In this document: positions 47,445 to 59,504 of the stretch, piece after piece
Layout of the letters: every line of letters starts with the position of its first letter
Numbering within the stretch: position 1 is the first letter of the stretch
NCBI GenBank assembly: GCA_031424975.1
Contig: JANPIL010000141.1
Coordinates: 7,293-71,292, forward strand
Reading direction: 5' to 3'
DNA: 64,000 nt
Source of the DNA: Sphingobacteriales bacterium
Lineage (GTDB): Bacteria > Bacteroidota > Bacteroidia > Cytophagales > 172606-1
The notes under the pieces: generated by a model
Seen by the model: the letters and a program-made list of their open reading frames with translations, nothing else
What the model was told of the DNA's origin: nothing
Database searches by the model: none
Program-made: the position numbers and the translations under genes

Positions 47445-48237
47445 ATTTATTTTTTAAAACTTCTTCTATGTATGCAAATGTTGTGAGTACATCTGCTATT
47501 CCATCATTTATGGCAACTGTGTGTTCGAAATGGGCTGATGGTTTTCGATCTGCCGTTCTTATAGTCCACTTATCTCGCTCTTGAACCACATTTCGAGAAC
47601 CCATATTCACCATAGGCTCGATGGCAATTACCATTCCTTCTTGAAGTCTGATACCTTGACCGCGTTTACCATAGTTTGGGACTTCAGGCTCCTCATGGAG
47701 ATTTCTTCCAATACCATGTCCCACTAATTCTCTTACAACTGAAAATCCATGCTTTACAACATGAGTTTGGATTGCAAACCCAACATCTCCTAACCTTGCG
47801 TTCACAGCGATTTCTTCTATTCCGAAGATTAAAGCTTCTTTTGTACAAGACAGCAAATCAAGAACTGCCGCTTTTACAGTACCTACTGGATAAGTATAGG
47901 CGCTATCACTATGAAATCCGTTCAACAAGACTCCGCAGTCTATCGATACTATATCTCCCTCTTGCAGTTCATAATCATCAGGTATACCATGTACTACCTT
48001 TTCATTTGTAGAAATACAGATTGCTGCTGGAAAACCATTGAAATTTTTAAATGAAGGCCAACCACCATGATCTTTTATGTATTCTTCCGCAATTCTATTT
48101 AGCAATGATGTTTTTACTCCCGGTTCTATGTGCTTGGCAACTTCCGCGTGCGTCTTTGCAAGCAAAACGCCACTTATTCTTATCAGCTCAATCTCATCTT
48201 TTGTTTTGATATGTATCCCTTTCTTTTTCAAAATCAT
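47422..48237 (-). CDS. map: Methionine aminopeptidase type I
   Basis: HGIP, DCG, GHGIG..HEEP, IAIEPM, SAHFEHT. Confidence 0.97.
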   Translation of the reverse strand: MILKKKGIHIKTKDEIELIRISGVLLAKTHAEVAKHIEPGVKTSLLNRIAEEYIKDHGGWPSFKNFNGFPAAICISTNEKVVHGIPDDYELQEGDIVSIDCGVLLNGFHSDSAYTYPVGTVKAAVLDLLSCTKEALIFGIEEIAVNARLGDVGFAIQTHVVKHGFSVVRELVGHGIGRNLHEEPEVPNYGKRGQGIRLQEGMVIAIEPMVNMGSRNVVQERDKWTIRTADRKPSAHFEHTVAINDGIADVLTTFAYIEEVLKNKYGKTIIY

Positions 48238-48246
48238 TATAACCTT

Positions 48247-49569
48247 TTACACTGTCGCGATGCTTTCAGATCTACCTTGTATTCTACCTGATTTCATTAA
48301 ACCTTCATAATGTTGCATCAACAAATAGCTTTCTATTTGCTGGAGCGTATCCAAAATCACACCCACCATAATCAATAAAGAAGTTCCTCCGAAAAACCTC
48401 GATAATTCAGAAGTGATTCCGAACAAACTTGCAATTGCTGGTAATATTGCCAGCAAAGACAGAAACAAGGCTCCGGGCAACGTAATTCTTGACAAAATAG
48501 TATCTATGTAATCCGATGTTTGAATTCCAGGTTTAACATTTGGAATAAACCCCCCATTCCTTTTCATTTCCTCGGATATTTGCACCGGATTGACCGTAAT
48601 GGCCGTGTAGAAAAAACTAAAAAGTATTATCAATAAGGCAAAGAGCAGATTGTATGCAAGGCTTGTGTAATCTGCAAAGTCTTGTGCAATTGCACTGGCG
48701 GCATCATTTTTTCCTGCAAAATAGCTACTAAGTAAACTTGGCAGGAACATCAATGATTGGGCAAAAATAATTGGCATTACTCCGGCAGCATTCAATTTCA
48801 GGGGCAGATACTGGCGCTGTCCGCCATAAACTCTGTTTCCCACCACCTGCTTCGCGTATTGGATAGGTATTCTGCGAGTAGCCTGTAGAACTAAAACAAC
48901 ACCCATTACAATGAAAAACAAAATTATTAACTCTATCACAAAAAAGAGTATTCCTCCAACGCCCAACCTTTGCGCCTCCCCAAATAGTGCTACTGGCAAC
49001 CGCGATATTATTCCAATCATTATTAACATTGATGTGCCATTACCTATTCCCTTCTCCGTAATTCTTTCGCCTAACCACATACAAAACATAGTTCCAGTCG
49101 TCAGCACTATTATGGCACTGATTAGGAATCCTGTTTTTCCAACATCCGGAAGTATTGCATCATCAGCGATAGTACTGACCAAATATGTGTAGGATTGAGG
49201 GATTGTAACTAGTACAGTCAACGCTCTTGTAATTCTGTTCAGTTTCTGTCTTCCCGATTCTCCCTCCTTTTGCATTTTCTGAAAGTAGGGTACTGCTATG
49301 GTCAATAGTTGAACTATTATTGACGCCGTTATGTATGGCATAATGCCTAAACCAAAAATAGATGCGTTGCTAAAAGCTCCGCCCAAAAAAGCGTCAAGCA
49401 ATCCAAGTATGCCATTGGATTGTGAGACGAGTTTTGTTGGATCTATGCCCGGAAGAACAATGAAAGAACCTATACGAAACAACAATAAAAATAATAGTGT
49501 GTTCAGAATACGGGTTCTGAGATCAACTATTGAAAAAATAGCTTTGACTGCTCTAATGGCTTTTCTCAT
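48247..49569 (-). CDS. secY: Preprotein translocase SecY
   Basis: SIFGLGIMPYITASI, GIGNGTS, GGTSLLI. Confidence 0.98.
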   Translation of the reverse strand: MRKAIRAVKAIFSIVDLRTRILNTLLFLLLFRIGSFIVLPGIDPTKLVSQSNGILGLLDAFLGGAFSNASIFGLGIMPYITASIIVQLLTIAVPYFQKMQKEGESGRQKLNRITRALTVLVTIPQSYTYLVSTIADDAILPDVGKTGFLISAIIVLTTGTMFCMWLGERITEKGIGNGTSMLIMIGIISRLPVALFGEAQRLGVGGILFFVIELIILFFIVMGVVLVLQATRRIPIQYAKQVVGNRVYGGQRQYLPLKLNAAGVMPIIFAQSLMFLPSLLSSYFAGKNDAASAIAQDFADYTSLAYNLLFALLIILFSFFYTAITVNPVQISEEMKRNGGFIPNVKPGIQTSDYIDTILSRITLPGALFLSLLAILPAIASLFGITSELSRFFGGTSLLIMVGVILDTLQQIESYLLMQHYEGLMKSGRIQGRSESIATV

Positions 49570-50023
49570 GTGTTTTTTGCGATATTACTGCCTTACCTCC
49601 GACTTCTTCAATTGCTTTGATTGCGGATAAAGAAAAAGCATTCACTTTGATTTCCGCCGCTGTTACAATCTGTCCATCACCTAATACCTTAACTATCTCC
49701 CTATTTGAAATCAAACCATGAAGTTTCAAAAAATTGATATCTATAACACTAACTTTATGCAAATCTAGAAGTTCTTGAATTTTGTCTAAATTTATTGGCT
49801 TGTATTCTACCCTATTCGGAGATGTGAATCCGTATTTCGGTATGCGTCTTTGCAAGGGCATTTGGCCGCCTTCAAAGCCCCTTTTTGCACTGTGGCCTGA
49901 TCTTGATGCAGCACCCTTGTGCCCTCTAGTCGAAGTTCCACCTCTTCCGGAGCCAGTACCACGACCCAGTCTTTTGTTATCACGTACAGAACCTTTCGCA
50001 GGTTTTAGTGTATGTAGTTTCAT
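49553..50023 (-). CDS. rplO: 50S ribosomal protein L15
   Basis: GRGTGSGRGGT..FEGGQMPL. Confidence 0.97.
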   Translation of the reverse strand: MKLHTLKPAKGSVRDNKRLGRGTGSGRGGTSTRGHKGAASRSGHSAKRGFEGGQMPLQRRIPKYGFTSPNRVEYKPINLDKIQELLDLHKVSVIDINFLKLHGLISNREIVKVLGDGQIVTAAEIKVNAFSLSAIKAIEEVGGKAVISQKTHEKSH

Positions 50024-50028
50024 CTTTC

Positions 50029-50208
50029 TTAAACTTCCTTTACCGTAATCAAATGAATCACTTTTCTTAACATTCCAGAAATCTGTGGTGTATTTTCTAC
50101 TTCCACCGTTCTATTTATTTTACCTAGACCTAGAGCTTGAATAGTAAGCTTTTGATTATTTGGTCTTTTAATAACGCTTCTGATTTGAGTAATCTGAATC
50201 TTTCCCAT
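50029..50208 (-). CDS. rpmD: 50S ribosomal protein L30
   Basis: Hand translation MGKIQITQIRSVIKRP..ALGLGKINRTVE..; below the ORF-track cutoff. Confidence 0.93.
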   Translation of the reverse strand: MGKIQITQIRSVIKRPNNQKLTIQALGLGKINRTVEVENTPQISGMLRKVIHLITVKEV

Positions 50209-50210
50209 AA

Positions 50211-50723
50211 TTAGCCATTAAAAACTTTCGAAAGAGATATTCTTCTTTGTACTGCTACTTGGTGAGGTGCACGCATTTTCAAAAGGGCATCGAAAGTAGC
50301 CTTTACCACGTTATGTGGATTAGATGATCCTTTCGACTTTGCGAGCACATCTTTCACTCCCGCACTTTCCAATACTGCACGCATTGCCCCCCCAGCTATA
50401 ACTCCAGTACCTGCCGCAGCAGGTTTGAGAAACACGTAACCTCCGCTATATTTGCCATGCATTTCATGGGGAACTGTAGATTTCAATACAGGAATCTTGA
50501 TTAGATTTTTTTTTGCATCCTCTACACCTTTTGTGATTGCGTCTGTCACTTCGTTCGCCTTTCCCAAGCCATAACCAACTGTACCATGTGCATCTCCCAC
50601 TACAACTATTGCTGAGAAGCTAAACCTCCTTCCTCCTTTAACAACTTTTGCAACACGCTTGATAGCAACAACTTTTTCCTTAAGTTCAAGTTCACTTGCT
50701 TTGGCAATTGTTTTTTGTATCAT
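50211..50723 (-). CDS. rpsE: 30S ribosomal protein S5
   Basis: [14 protein letters not shown]. Confidence 0.98.
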   Translation of the reverse strand: MIQKTIAKASELELKEKVVAIKRVAKVVKGGRRFSFSAIVVVGDAHGTVGYGLGKANEVTDAITKGVEDAKKNLIKIPVLKSTVPHEMHGKYSGGYVFLKPAAAGTGVIAGGAMRAVLESAGVKDVLAKSKGSSNPHNVVKATFDALLKMRAPHQVAVQRRISLSKVFNG

Positions 50724-50735
50724 ATTTTTTTTATT

Positions 50736-51086
50736 TTAGAATTTCAATCCCCCTTCACGGGCTCCTTCTGCAAGTGCTTTCACTTTACCGTGATACAAGT
50801 AACCGCCACGATCGAATACAACAGATACAATACCATTAACTAATGCTTTTTCTGCTATTTTCTTCCCTACTCCTTTTGACGATTCTATTGTATTGTTTTT
50901 AGAATTTCCCGTCTCAACGGAAGATGCACTTAAAATGGTTTTCCCTGAGACATCGTCTATTAGCTGTGCATATATCGCCGTGTTTGATCTAAACACCGAT
51001 AACCGAGGTCTATCTGATGTTCCTTTGACTTTTGCACGAATCACTCTTCTGATACGCAATCTGCGAGCATCCTTGTTATTAGTCAT
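50736..51086 (-). CDS. rplR: 50S ribosomal protein L18
   Basis: [24 protein letters not shown]. Confidence 0.98.
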   Translation of the reverse strand: MTNNKDARRLRIRRVIRAKVKGTSDRPRLSVFRSNTAIYAQLIDDVSGKTILSASSVETGNSKNNTIESSKGVGKKIAEKALVNGIVSVVFDRGGYLYHGKVKALAEGAREGGLKF

Positions 51087-51090
51087 ATTT

Positions 51091-51648
51091 TTATTTTTTT
51101 GCGGCTGTTTTACCAGCTTTTCTTCTAATCAATTGTCCTGAAGTTCTTATTCCTTTACCTTTGTAAGGCTCTACTTTGCGAAGAGACTTTATTTTGGCAG
51201 CAACTTGACCTACCAATTCTTTATCAATACCTTCAAGAGTCACAACTGGATTTTTACCTTTTTCAGTTATGGCCAAAGCTTTAATTTCTTGGGGAAATGT
51301 CAAAAACAAACCATGAGAATATCCTAAACTTAATTCTAACACATTGTTAACAACAGTAGCTTTGTAACCAACGCCTACTATTTCAAGGCTTTGCTTGAAT
51401 CCGTCACTTACCCCCACAATCATGTTATTCACTAAGGATCGATACAAACCATGGAGAGCTTTATGACGCTTTTGCTCTGTGGGCCGCTCTACTACTATTT
51501 GAGACCCCTCTTGTCTCACAATTATATCTGGATCTACTTTGCGGGAAAGTAAACCCTTGGGGCCTTTCACAATGACCACATTACCTATTTCAATTGAAAC
51601 AGTAACATCTGCTGGCAAACTTATCGGCTTTTTACCTATTCTCGACAT
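51091..51648 (-). CDS. rplF: 50S ribosomal protein L6
   Basis: [17 protein letters not shown]. Confidence 0.98.
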   Translation of the reverse strand: MSRIGKKPISLPADVTVSIEIGNVVIVKGPKGLLSRKVDPDIIVRQEGSQIVVERPTEQKRHKALHGLYRSLVNNMIVGVSDGFKQSLEIVGVGYKATVVNNVLELSLGYSHGLFLTFPQEIKALAITEKGKNPVVTLEGIDKELVGQVAAKIKSLRKVEPYKGKGIRTSGQLIRRKAGKTAAKK

Positions 51649-51655
51649 ATTAATG

Positions 51656-52051
51656 TTAGTAAACGTAACATAAAACTTCTCCTCCCACATTCAGTGTTTT
51701 GGCTTCTTTGTTTGTAATCACACCCTTGGGGGTGGATATTACAGCTATTCCCAATCCGTTGAGGACTCGCGGCATACCAATCACGCTTGTATATTTTCTG
51801 AGCCCAGGCCTACTTACCCTCTTTAAATTGACAATGGCGGATTCTTTAGTAATTGGATCGTATTTTAATGCTATTTTAATGGTCCCCTGCAAGTGACTAT
51901 CATCAAACTTGTAGTTTTGTATGTATCCTTTCTCATGTAGAACCTTGGTTATTTCTTTTTTTATATTGGATGAAGGTATTTCCACTATTCGGTGTCGTGC
52001 CTTTATCGCATTTCTCAAACGAGTAAGATAGTCTGCTATTGGATCTGTCAT
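51656..52051 (-). CDS. rpsH: 30S ribosomal protein S8
   Basis: MTDPIADYLTRLRNA..VSRPGLR. Confidence 0.98.
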   Translation of the reverse strand: MTDPIADYLTRLRNAIKARHRIVEIPSSNIKKEITKVLHEKGYIQNYKFDDSHLQGTIKIALKYDPITKESAIVNLKRVSRPGLRKYTSVIGMPRVLNGLGIAVISTPKGVITNKEAKTLNVGGEVLCYVY

Positions 52052-52140
52052 GATAACATAGTTTTGTGTCTCGATATTCACCGTCAAATAGATGAAGGCG
52101 TGAATCTAACGATTAATGATCAAATTTGAAGTAAAAATTC

Positions 52141-52410
52141 TCACCAACTTGATTTCGTTATTCCCGGTATTTTACCTTCTAAAGCCATACTACGGAACAT
52201 ATTTCGAGAGATACCGAATTTACGCATATACCCTCTAGGACGACCCGTAATTTTGCAACGATTGTGCAAGCGGACTTTTGAAGAATTTCTTGGTAATTTA
52301 TCTAATGCTTCATAGTCTCCTGCTGCCTTTAAGTCTTTTCTTCTTGAAGCGTACTTACTCACGAGCCTTTCTCTTTTTCTTTCGCGAGCTTTTATTGATT
52401 CTTTTGCCAT
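52141..52410 (-). CDS. rpsN: 30S ribosomal protein S14 (long form)
   Basis: [24 protein letters not shown]. Confidence 0.98.
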   Translation of the reverse strand: MAKESIKARERKRERLVSKYASRRKDLKAAGDYEALDKLPRNSSKVRLHNRCKITGRPRGYMRKFGISRNMFRSMALEGKIPGITKSSW

Positions 52411-52414
52411 ATTT

Positions 52415-53008
52415 TTAAATTGTATTTTTATTTTTTTGATTAGCGAATGGCATTCCTAATGCTTTCAGCAGTTCCAAACTTTCCTCATCCGTATTGGCAT
52501 TCGTAACAAAGGTGATATCCATGCCAGATATCTTGTTTATTTTATCAATACTAATTTCAGGAAATATAATCTGCTCTTTGACACCCAATGTGTAATTACC
52601 ACGCCCGTCGAAACCTTTATCACTTATTCCTCTGAAATCACGTACTCGTGGCAGTGCAACAGATGTAAGTCTATCCATAAACTCATACATTCGATGCCTT
52701 CTCAGTGTTACTCTTGCACCAATTGGCATATTTTCGCGCAATTTAAAATTCGATATTGCCTTTTTGGAAAAAGTCGCAACTGCCTTTTGTCCAGCTATCA
52801 TCGTCAACTCCTCCACACCTATATCTACCAATTTCTTATCCGCCACCGCTGCTCCAATACCCTTATTTATGACAATTTTAGTTATTTTGGGCACTTGCAT
52901 AACAGATTTGTAACTGAATTTATCTTTCAAGAAAGGTACAACTTCTTGAAAATATTTCTCCTGCATTCTTGGAATGCGATTCGATGTTTTATATTCTTCC
53001 TTGGCCAT
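52415..53008 (-). CDS. rplE: 50S ribosomal protein L5
   Basis: [20 protein letters not shown]. Confidence 0.98.
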   Translation of the reverse strand: MAKEEYKTSNRIPRMQEKYFQEVVPFLKDKFSYKSVMQVPKITKIVINKGIGAAVADKKLVDIGVEELTMIAGQKAVATFSKKAISNFKLRENMPIGARVTLRRHRMYEFMDRLTSVALPRVRDFRGISDKGFDGRGNYTLGVKEQIIFPEISIDKINKISGMDITFVTNANTDEESLELLKALGMPFANQKNKNTI

Positions 53009-53085
53009 TTTCTGCTTTGTGTTAATGCAAATTTTTAACCTAAACTCTAACAACACCTATTTTTTCAAAAGCACGAAATCAAACC

Positions 53086-53433
53086 TTAAATCTCAGATTC
53101 TATCAGACCTCCCGTTTTTTTAGAAAACCTTTGCAGTTTTCCTTTTTCATCAATTTTTCTAAAAGTACGCGTTGCTTCGCCATTTGAATTTACAACCATT
53201 AAATTGCTCAAATGCACAGAAGCCTCTTTCTGAACAAAACCTCCTTGGGGGTTCTCGGCTGATGGCTTAACACTTTTTTTAATAATGTTTACCCCACTCA
53301 CAATAGCTCTGTATTTCTCCTTGCTGACTGAAATTATCTTGCCTGTTTTACCTTTATCGTCTCCAGACAGCAACTTTACTGTATCACCTCGTCTAACGTG
53401 GAACTTGATGTTTTTTTTGATTTTCTTTTTCAT
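53086..53433 (-). CDS. rplX: 50S ribosomal protein L24
   Basis: GDTVKLLSGDDKGKTG KOW motif. Confidence 0.96.
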   Translation of the reverse strand: MKKKIKKNIKFHVRRGDTVKLLSGDDKGKTGKIISVSKEKYRAIVSGVNIIKKSVKPSAENPQGGFVQKEASVHLSNLMVVNSNGEATRTFRKIDEKGKLQRFSKKTGGLIESEI

Positions 53434-53457
53434 TTCTAACGTGTCTAAAAACCTAAA

Positions 53458-53826
53458 TTATAAAACCTCAGGTGCCAAAGAAACTATTTTCATAAATTGT
53501 TTTTCTCGGAGCTCTCTTGCAACTGGGCCAAATATACGCGTACCTCTTGGCTCATCATTATTGTTGAGAAGAACGGCAGCATTATCTTCGAAGCGAATGT
53601 ATGAACCATCCTTGCGACGAATCTCTTTCCTGGTTCTAACCACTACGGCCTTGGAAACCGCACCTTTTTTCAAATTACTCGAAGACATTGAAGACTTTAC
53701 TGAAACCACTATTTTATCCCCAATAGAAGCGTATCGCTTTCCTGTTCCTCCTAACACTCGGATTACTAATACTTCTTTTGCACCGCTGTTATCAGCTACG
53801 CTTAGTCGAGACTCTTGCTGAACCAT
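53458..53826 (-). CDS. rplN: 50S ribosomal protein L14
   Basis: [20 protein letters not shown]. Confidence 0.98.
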   Translation of the reverse strand: MVQQESRLSVADNSGAKEVLVIRVLGGTGKRYASIGDKIVVSVKSSMSSSNLKKGAVSKAVVVRTRKEIRRKDGSYIRFEDNAAVLLNNNDEPRGTRIFGPVARELREKQFMKIVSLAPEVL

Positions 53827-53828
53827 AG

Positions 53829-54098
53829 TTATTTAGCTTTTTCTATTATTTCGATAAGTCTCCAACGCTTGTTCTTACTGAGAGGTCGCGTTTCCATTAT
53901 TTTGATTGTATCCCCTATGCCACACTCATTTCTTTCGTCATGAGCCATTAATTTCGTTGTTTTTGTCATAAACTTGCCATACTTGGGATGCTTTACTTTT
54001 CTTTCTATGGCAATTGTTATGGACTTGTCCATTTTATTACTTACAACGCGTCCTGTTCGTTCTTTTCTCGCGTTTCTCTCTGACAAGTTTGGTTCCAT
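53829..54098 (-). CDS. rpsQ: 30S ribosomal protein S17
   Basis: [23 protein letters not shown]. Confidence 0.98.
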   Translation of the reverse strand: MEPNLSERNARKERTGRVVSNKMDKSITIAIERKVKHPKYGKFMTKTTKLMAHDERNECGIGDTIKIMETRPLSKNKRWRLIEIIEKAK

Positions 54099-54108
54099 TG
54101 ATTTGGTT

Positions 54109-54309
54109 CTATTTAATGTTTGCTATTTCTCTTGCTTTTATCTCAGTTAGGATTCGGGCAATCATCTTTCGGGATTCACGAATCCTAACTGGACTTTCGA
54201 TTGGGCTAATGGCATGGGCAAATCTTAATTTTTGGAGAGTGATTCTTTCAGAATTCACTCTCTGATGAAGCGCATCAAAGTCCAATGCTTCAATTTCTTT
54301 ATTTTTCAT
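54109..54309 (-). CDS. rpmC: 50S ribosomal protein L29
   Basis: Operon position; [14 protein letters not shown]. Confidence 0.93.
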   Translation of the reverse strand: MKNKEIEALDFDALHQRVNSERITLQKLRFAHAISPIESPVRIRESRKMIARILTEIKAREIANIK

Positions 54310-54377
54310 TTTTAAAACAGTATTTTTTATAAAAACTCATTTCGACTAAAAAAATAATCGATTGCAACAAATCGGTA

Positions 54378-54803
54378 TTATTGACCCTCAACATAATCCC
54401 TTCGAACAATAAATCTGGTTTTTACCGGCAATTTTTGTGCTGCCAAACGCAATGCCTCTTGCCCCGTCGCTTTGTCAACGCCTGTTATTTCAAACAAGAT
54501 AGTTCCGGGTTTTATTACTGCGACCCAATATTCAGGTGCGCCTTTTCCTTTACCCATCCTTACCTCAGCTGGTTTTTTGGTGATAGGCTTGTCAGGAAAT
54601 ATACGAATCCAAACTTGACCTTCACGTTTCATTGTGCGCGTCATTGAAATACGTGCCGCTTCAATCTGACGGGAAGTTATCCAACCTGGCTCCAAGGATT
54701 TGACCCCAAATGACCCGAATGCTATCTCGTGTCCTCTCGTCGCCAAACCCTTGACACGACCTTTATGCATTTTCCTAAACTTCGTTCTTTTCGGTTGTAA
54801 CAT
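54378..54803 (-). CDS. rplP: 50S ribosomal protein L16
   Basis: [18 protein letters not shown]. Confidence 0.98.
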   Translation of the reverse strand: MLQPKRTKFRKMHKGRVKGLATRGHEIAFGSFGVKSLEPGWITSRQIEAARISMTRTMKREGQVWIRIFPDKPITKKPAEVRMGKGKGAPEYWVAVIKPGTILFEITGVDKATGQEALRLAAQKLPVKTRFIVRRDYVEGQ

Positions 54804-54859
54804 CGCTTTTCATAAATTTATTTCAAGGTATAGAACCCGATCCGTAACCTCAAATATTC

Positions 54860-55681
54860 CTACCTACTACCGGTTGTGGGGGCTCTTTTCTTCTTCTTAT
54901 TTCTGCGTGCAGAGTCTTTATCACCGCCCTTATCTCTGCTACGATCACTACCTCTGTCACCACCACCCTCGCGGCGGTTACCACGATCATTACTTACATT
55001 GCCACCCGTTGCGGTTGCAGCATTTCCGTATGTTGCATTTGGTGACAAGTCGCGCTTTCCAAACACCTCTCCCTTAAAAATCCATACCTTTATACCTATC
55101 TTACCGTATACGGTTTGCGCTTCTGAAATAGCATAATCAATATCCGCACGCAGTGTGTGCAAAGGTATTCTACCCTCTTTATATTCTTCAGTCCTTGCCA
55201 TATCTGCCCCAGCTAAGCGACCGGATAGACGTACTTTGATCCCTTGAGCTCCCACACGTGTAGCTGCAGAGATAGATTGCTTCATAGCTCGGCGATAGGA
55301 AATGCGAGCCTCCAATTGCTGGGCAATTGATTCACCAACTAATTTGGCATCCAACTCAGGACGTCTAATCTCAAAAATATTGATTTGTACGTCTTTGTTC
55401 GTCAATTTCTTCAACTCCTCCTTCACTCTTTCAACTTCGATACCATTCTTCCCTATCACCACCCCCGGACGAGCAGTATTGACCGTGAGTGTCACGCGCT
55501 TTAATGTACGTTCGATCACAACTTTTGCAATGCCTCCCTTAGGAAAACGAGCCATTACATACTTTCGTATTCTTTCATCCTCAATAAGTTTTTCAGCGAA
55601 ATTTTTTCCGCCATACCAATTGGAATCCCAACCTTTTACAATTCCTAAGCGAAAACCTGTTGGATTGACTTTTTGTCCCAT
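54860..55681 (-). CDS. rpsC: 30S ribosomal protein S3
   Basis: [23 protein letters not shown]. Confidence 0.98.
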   Translation of the reverse strand: MGQKVNPTGFRLGIVKGWDSNWYGGKNFAEKLIEDERIRKYVMARFPKGGIAKVVIERTLKRVTLTVNTARPGVVIGKNGIEVERVKEELKKLTNKDVQINIFEIRRPELDAKLVGESIAQQLEARISYRRAMKQSISAATRVGAQGIKVRLSGRLAGADMARTEEYKEGRIPLHTLRADIDYAISEAQTVYGKIGIKVWIFKGEVFGKRDLSPNATYGNAATATGGNVSNDRGNRREGGGDRGSDRSRDKGGDKDSARRNKKKKRAPTTGSR

Positions 55682-55699
55682 GCTTATTATTTGGTTTCT

Positions 55700-56077
55700 T
55701 TAATTTTCTTTTTTCGTAGCAGCAGATGCAGCAGTATTTTTTGAATCTAAAACTATGGTTATGTGGTTGGAACGCTTTCGTATACGATGTCCACGTCCTT
55801 GTGGAGCGGGTCTTAATCGTTTAAGCATTCGCCCTTCATCCACAAAAATCATCTTTATAAACAGGTTTGCTTCCTCTATCCTCTCCGCCTCATTTGATTG
55901 TTCCCAGTTAGCTATTGCAGAAAGGAGTAATTGTTCGATTTTTTTGGATCCGGACTTCGAATCGTAACGAAGAAGGTTCAGCGCATCATTTACACGTCTT
56001 CCTCTTACCATGTCCGCTATAAGCCTCATTTTTTGAGGAGAGGTAGGGACGTTTCTTAGTTTAGCTGTTGATTCCAT
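55700..56077 (-). CDS. rplV: 50S ribosomal protein L22
   Basis: [22 protein letters not shown]. Confidence 0.98.
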   Translation of the reverse strand: MESTAKLRNVPTSPQKMRLIADMVRGRRVNDALNLLRYDSKSGSKKIEQLLLSAIANWEQSNEAERIEEANLFIKMIFVDEGRMLKRLRPAPQGRGHRIRKRSNHITIVLDSKNTAASAATKKEN

Positions 56078-56355
56078 TATTTTTTACCTTTATCCTTGTT
56101 ACCCGAATGACCTCTGAAATTACGAGTCGGCGAAAACTCACCCAATTTGTGCCCTACCATATTCTCGGTGACGTATACTGGAATAAATTTATTCCCATTA
56201 TGAACCGCAAATGTATGACCCACGAAATCAGGTGAAATAGTTGAACGCCGTGCCCAAGTCTTTATAACGGATTTCTTACCTGACCTGCCGACATTCTCTA
56301 TTTTACTTGATAATCGAAAATCTACGTAAGGCCCTTTTTTAATTGAACGTCCCAT
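56077..56355 (-). CDS. rpsS: 30S ribosomal protein S19
   Basis: [19 protein letters not shown]. Confidence 0.98.
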   Translation of the reverse strand: MGRSIKKGPYVDFRLSSKIENVGRSGKKSVIKTWARRSTISPDFVGHTFAVHNGNKFIPVYVTENMVGHKLGEFSPTRNFRGHSGNKDKGKK

Positions 56356-56391
56356 TTATGCGAATTGAATTTTACTTATGGAAGTTATATT

Positions 56392-57216
56392 TTATTTTCG
56401 GTTTTTGCGACCCATGATTAAGTCATTCGAATATTTCTTTGGCTTTCTTGTTTTCTTGCCCTTCGCATAAAGTCCGTTACGTGAACGTGGTTGCCCTCCA
56501 GATGCCTTTCCCTCACCACCACCCATTGGATGGTCTACTGGATTCATTGCAACCCCACGTACACGGGGACGACGACCCAACCAGCGCTTACGACCTGCTT
56601 TTCCAAGGCTTACATTCATGTGATCTGCATTTGACACAGACCCTATAGTAGCCATACATGTAACCAACACCAATCGCATTTCTCCTGAAGGAAGTTTAAG
56701 CGTTGCATATTTCCCCTCACGTGCTACTAACTGTGCATACGTTCCCGCACTGCGAGCCATGGCTCCACCCCGACCAGGCTGCAGTTCTATGTTGTGTACA
56801 ACAGTTCCCATTGGTATGTCGGATAAAGGAAGTGCATTCCCGACTTCAGGAACAGAACCAGCACCTGAACTCACAATTTGACCAACGGATATTCCTGTAG
56901 GAGCAATTATATATCTTTTTTCTCCATCAGCATATGTCAATAAAGCTATACGAGCTGATCGGTTTGGATCATATTCAACTGTATCAACGGTAGCACTTAT
57001 GTGTTTATCTCTTTTAAAGTCTATTATGCGATACCTGCGTTTGTGACCACCGCCTATGTAACGCATGGCTCGATGTCCACTATCGTTTCTTCCCCCACTT
57101 TTCTTTATCGCCGCAGTAAGGGGCTTGTAAGGCTTACTTACTGTGATTTCCTCAAACGCAGGGGCGACTCTAAATCGTTGACCTGGTGTAGTTGGTTTTA
57201 GTTTTTTTACAGCCAT
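56392..57216 (-). CDS. rplB: 50S ribosomal protein L2
   Basis: [25 protein letters not shown]. Confidence 0.98.
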   Translation of the reverse strand: MAVKKLKPTTPGQRFRVAPAFEEITVSKPYKPLTAAIKKSGGRNDSGHRAMRYIGGGHKRRYRIIDFKRDKHISATVDTVEYDPNRSARIALLTYADGEKRYIIAPTGISVGQIVSSGAGSVPEVGNALPLSDIPMGTVVHNIELQPGRGGAMARSAGTYAQLVAREGKYATLKLPSGEMRLVLVTCMATIGSVSNADHMNVSLGKAGRKRWLGRRPRVRGVAMNPVDHPMGGGEGKASGGQPRSRNGLYAKGKKTRKPKKYSNDLIMGRKNRK

Positions 57217-57276
57217 TTTCGTAAACTTTTACTTCAGAGGAGAGCGTGCTGTGACACATGCCATTAAATTCGCCAG

Positions 57277-57561
57277 TTATTCTCCGTAAAAATCAATTAC
57301 CTCGCCATCAGATAATGATATCATTGCCTTTTTATAGGTACTTGTACGTCCTCTGCTTACTTTCGACTGGCTTGAACGAGATTTAGCTTTGCCTACGCAT
57401 CGAATAGTTCTGACTACATTAACATTAACATTATACAAACTTTCGATTGCTTTTTTTATTTCAATTTTATTGGCACTCTTGTCAACCTCAAAAGTATACA
57501 CTCCCTTTTCGGACATTGCATTTGCTTTCTCAGTTATGATTGGCTTTTTTATAATACTCAT
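57277..57561 (-). CDS. rplW: 50S ribosomal protein L23
   Basis: PIITEK..ANKIEIKKA..YKKA. Confidence 0.97.
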   Translation of the reverse strand: MSIIKKPIITEKANAMSEKGVYTFEVDKSANKIEIKKAIESLYNVNVNVVRTIRCVGKAKSRSSQSKVSRGRTSTYKKAMISLSDGEVIDFYGE

Positions 57562-57569
57562 GATTGTGA

Positions 57570-58193
57570 TTATTTTAACAATTCTTCAATTTTCGACAGT
57601 GAGGTTTCACTTATAAACAGGTGATCCGCATGTATCAAGGCGTGAGTATTCAACTGATTGACTAACATTACTTTTGCCTTTGGAAGATTACGGCTGGATA
57701 AGACAACATTCATGTTCGTTTCTGGCAGCACCATTAGCGTTTTTTTATCAGCCGCACCCAAACTTTGCAGTATTTTCAGATAGTCTTTCGTCCGTGGCTG
57801 ATTCAAAGTAAATTCCTCCAGAATTGTAATCGAGTCTTTTGCTTTGTAAGAGAGGGCGGACTTGCGAGCCAGTTCTTTTACTTTTTTGTTTAATTTGAAG
57901 CCGTAATCGCGTGGGACCGGTCCAAAAACGCGACCGCCATGACGGTACAGAGGGTTTTTAATGCTTCCTTTTCGCGAGCCTCCCGTACCTTTTTGCTTGT
58001 GCAACTTACGCGTGGAGCCATGAACTTCATTTCGCTGTTTTGCCTTATGTGTTCCTTGGCGTTGATTGGCCATGAACTGCTTTACATCCAAATAGATGGC
58101 GTGATTGTTTGGTATTATTCCAAAAATAGAGTCAACAAGGACAACCTTCCTGCCTGTATCTTTTCCGTCGATGCTATGTATTGCGATTTCCAT
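57570..58193 (-). CDS. rplD: 50S ribosomal protein L4
   Basis: RQGTHKAK..QKGTGGSRKG. Confidence 0.98.
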   Translation of the reverse strand: MEIAIHSIDGKDTGRKVVLVDSIFGIIPNNHAIYLDVKQFMANQRQGTHKAKQRNEVHGSTRKLHKQKGTGGSRKGSIKNPLYRHGGRVFGPVPRDYGFKLNKKVKELARKSALSYKAKDSITILEEFTLNQPRTKDYLKILQSLGAADKKTLMVLPETNMNVVLSSRNLPKAKVMLVNQLNTHALIHADHLFISETSLSKIEELLK

Positions 58194-58232
58194 AAAAAAT
58201 ATCTGTCATTGTTGCGTGAGAAAGTTCGCGCA

Positions 58233-58868
58233 TTACATAAATTCTCTGTGATTGTCTATAACAACAAATGAACTTTTCGCTCCCGGAACCGAGCCGCTGA
58301 CCAGAATCAGATTCTTTTCGGGAATTACTTTTAAGATACGCAGATTCTGGATAGTAACACGGTTGCCACCAGTTCTGCCTGCCATTCGTAATCCTTTAAA
58401 AACACGAGCCGGGAAAGAACAAGCCCCTATTGATCCCGGGTGGCGCTGGCGATTGTGTTGGCCGTGGGTTGCTCCTCCAACACCACTGAAACCATGCCTC
58501 TTAACAACACCTTGAAAACCTTTTCCTTTGGAAGTTCCTACAACATCTATGAATTCTCCCGCTTCACACACGTCTTCTGCTTTTACCGTATCCCCCAGAC
58601 TCACGTCTATTAAAAAATCCTTAAATTCTACCAGTTTACGCTTAGGGGTTGTGTTTGCTTTTTTGAAATGCCCCAGCAAAGGCTTTGTCGTGTTTTTCTC
58701 TCTCTTGTCACCGAAAGCAAGTTGTATCGCCGCATATCCATCGGTTTGCATAGTTTTAACCTGCGTTACGGCACATGGCCCAGCTTCAATAACGGTACAT
58801 GCCACACTTTCACCATTTTCAGTGAAAATGGTAGTCATTCCGATTTTCTTTCCTATTATCCCTGACAT
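58233..58868 (-). CDS. rplC: 50S ribosomal protein L3
   Basis: [17 protein letters not shown]. Confidence 0.98.
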   Translation of the reverse strand: MSGIIGKKIGMTTIFTENGESVACTVIEAGPCAVTQVKTMQTDGYAAIQLAFGDKREKNTTKPLLGHFKKANTTPKRKLVEFKDFLIDVSLGDTVKAEDVCEAGEFIDVVGTSKGKGFQGVVKRHGFSGVGGATHGQHNRQRHPGSIGACSFPARVFKGLRMAGRTGGNRVTIQNLRILKVIPEKNLILVSGSVPGAKSSFVVIDNHREFM

Positions 58869-58952
58869 GGTTGCTTAAAAAATATATTTGTACGTTGCCA
58901 TCAAGAATCTTCTCTTCAAAATAGCAACAAACTACCTTTTTGAAACGGATTG

Positions 58953-58960
58953 CAAAGGTA
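58953..58960 (-). promoter_or_regulatory. Bacteroidota -7 promoter element (rplC)
   Basis: TACCTTTG on the - strand in the 223-bp rpsJ-rplC gap. Confidence 0.6.
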
Positions 58961-59091
58961 ATGATTGAGAATGGTATTGCAAGAAAATGTTAAAAAAAAT
59001 CATTATTTGGTCGCTTGCCTTCATTGCAAGAAACATATTGCCACCAAACTAATCTATTTGTGCGCAATCGAATTTCCCTTACAAGTTCGCG

Positions 59092-59397
59092 TCAGACCTT
59101 AATTTCCACGTCAACGCCGCTCGGAAGCTCAAGTTTCATCAATGCATCTACCGTTTTTGCACTTGATGAATGAATATCAATTAACCGCTTGTACGTGCAT
59201 AACTGAAATTGCTCGCGCGACTTTTTGTTTACGTGTGGAGAGCGCAAAACAGTAAACCTTTCCATCTCCGTTGGCAAAGGAATCGGACCACTTACCACAG
59301 CACCCGTAGATTTAACAGCCTTAACAATTCTTTCGCACGATTTGTCCACGAGGCTGTGGTCAAATGACTTTAATTTGATGCGGATTTTCTGTGTCAT
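59092..59397 (-). CDS. rpsJ: 30S ribosomal protein S10
   Basis: [20 protein letters not shown]. Confidence 0.98.
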   Translation of the reverse strand: MTQKIRIKLKSFDHSLVDKSCERIVKAVKSTGAVVSGPIPLPTEMERFTVLRSPHVNKKSREQFQLCTYKRLIDIHSSSAKTVDALMKLELPSGVDVEIKV

Positions 59398-59504
59398 TTT
59401 ATCAAAGTTCGTTAATCAAATTCAAAAATTTTTTCCCAGCACGAGGGTTCGAACATATGTGTTTGGCCGTATCAAACCTCGCAACCTGCACGGTAAAGGA
59501 AAAA

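Noticed and set aside
48494-48505. AAAATAGTATCT inside secY
   Set aside because: Core only, with no AAACC arm, in AT-rich DNA where chance matches are likely; not counted as a copy.
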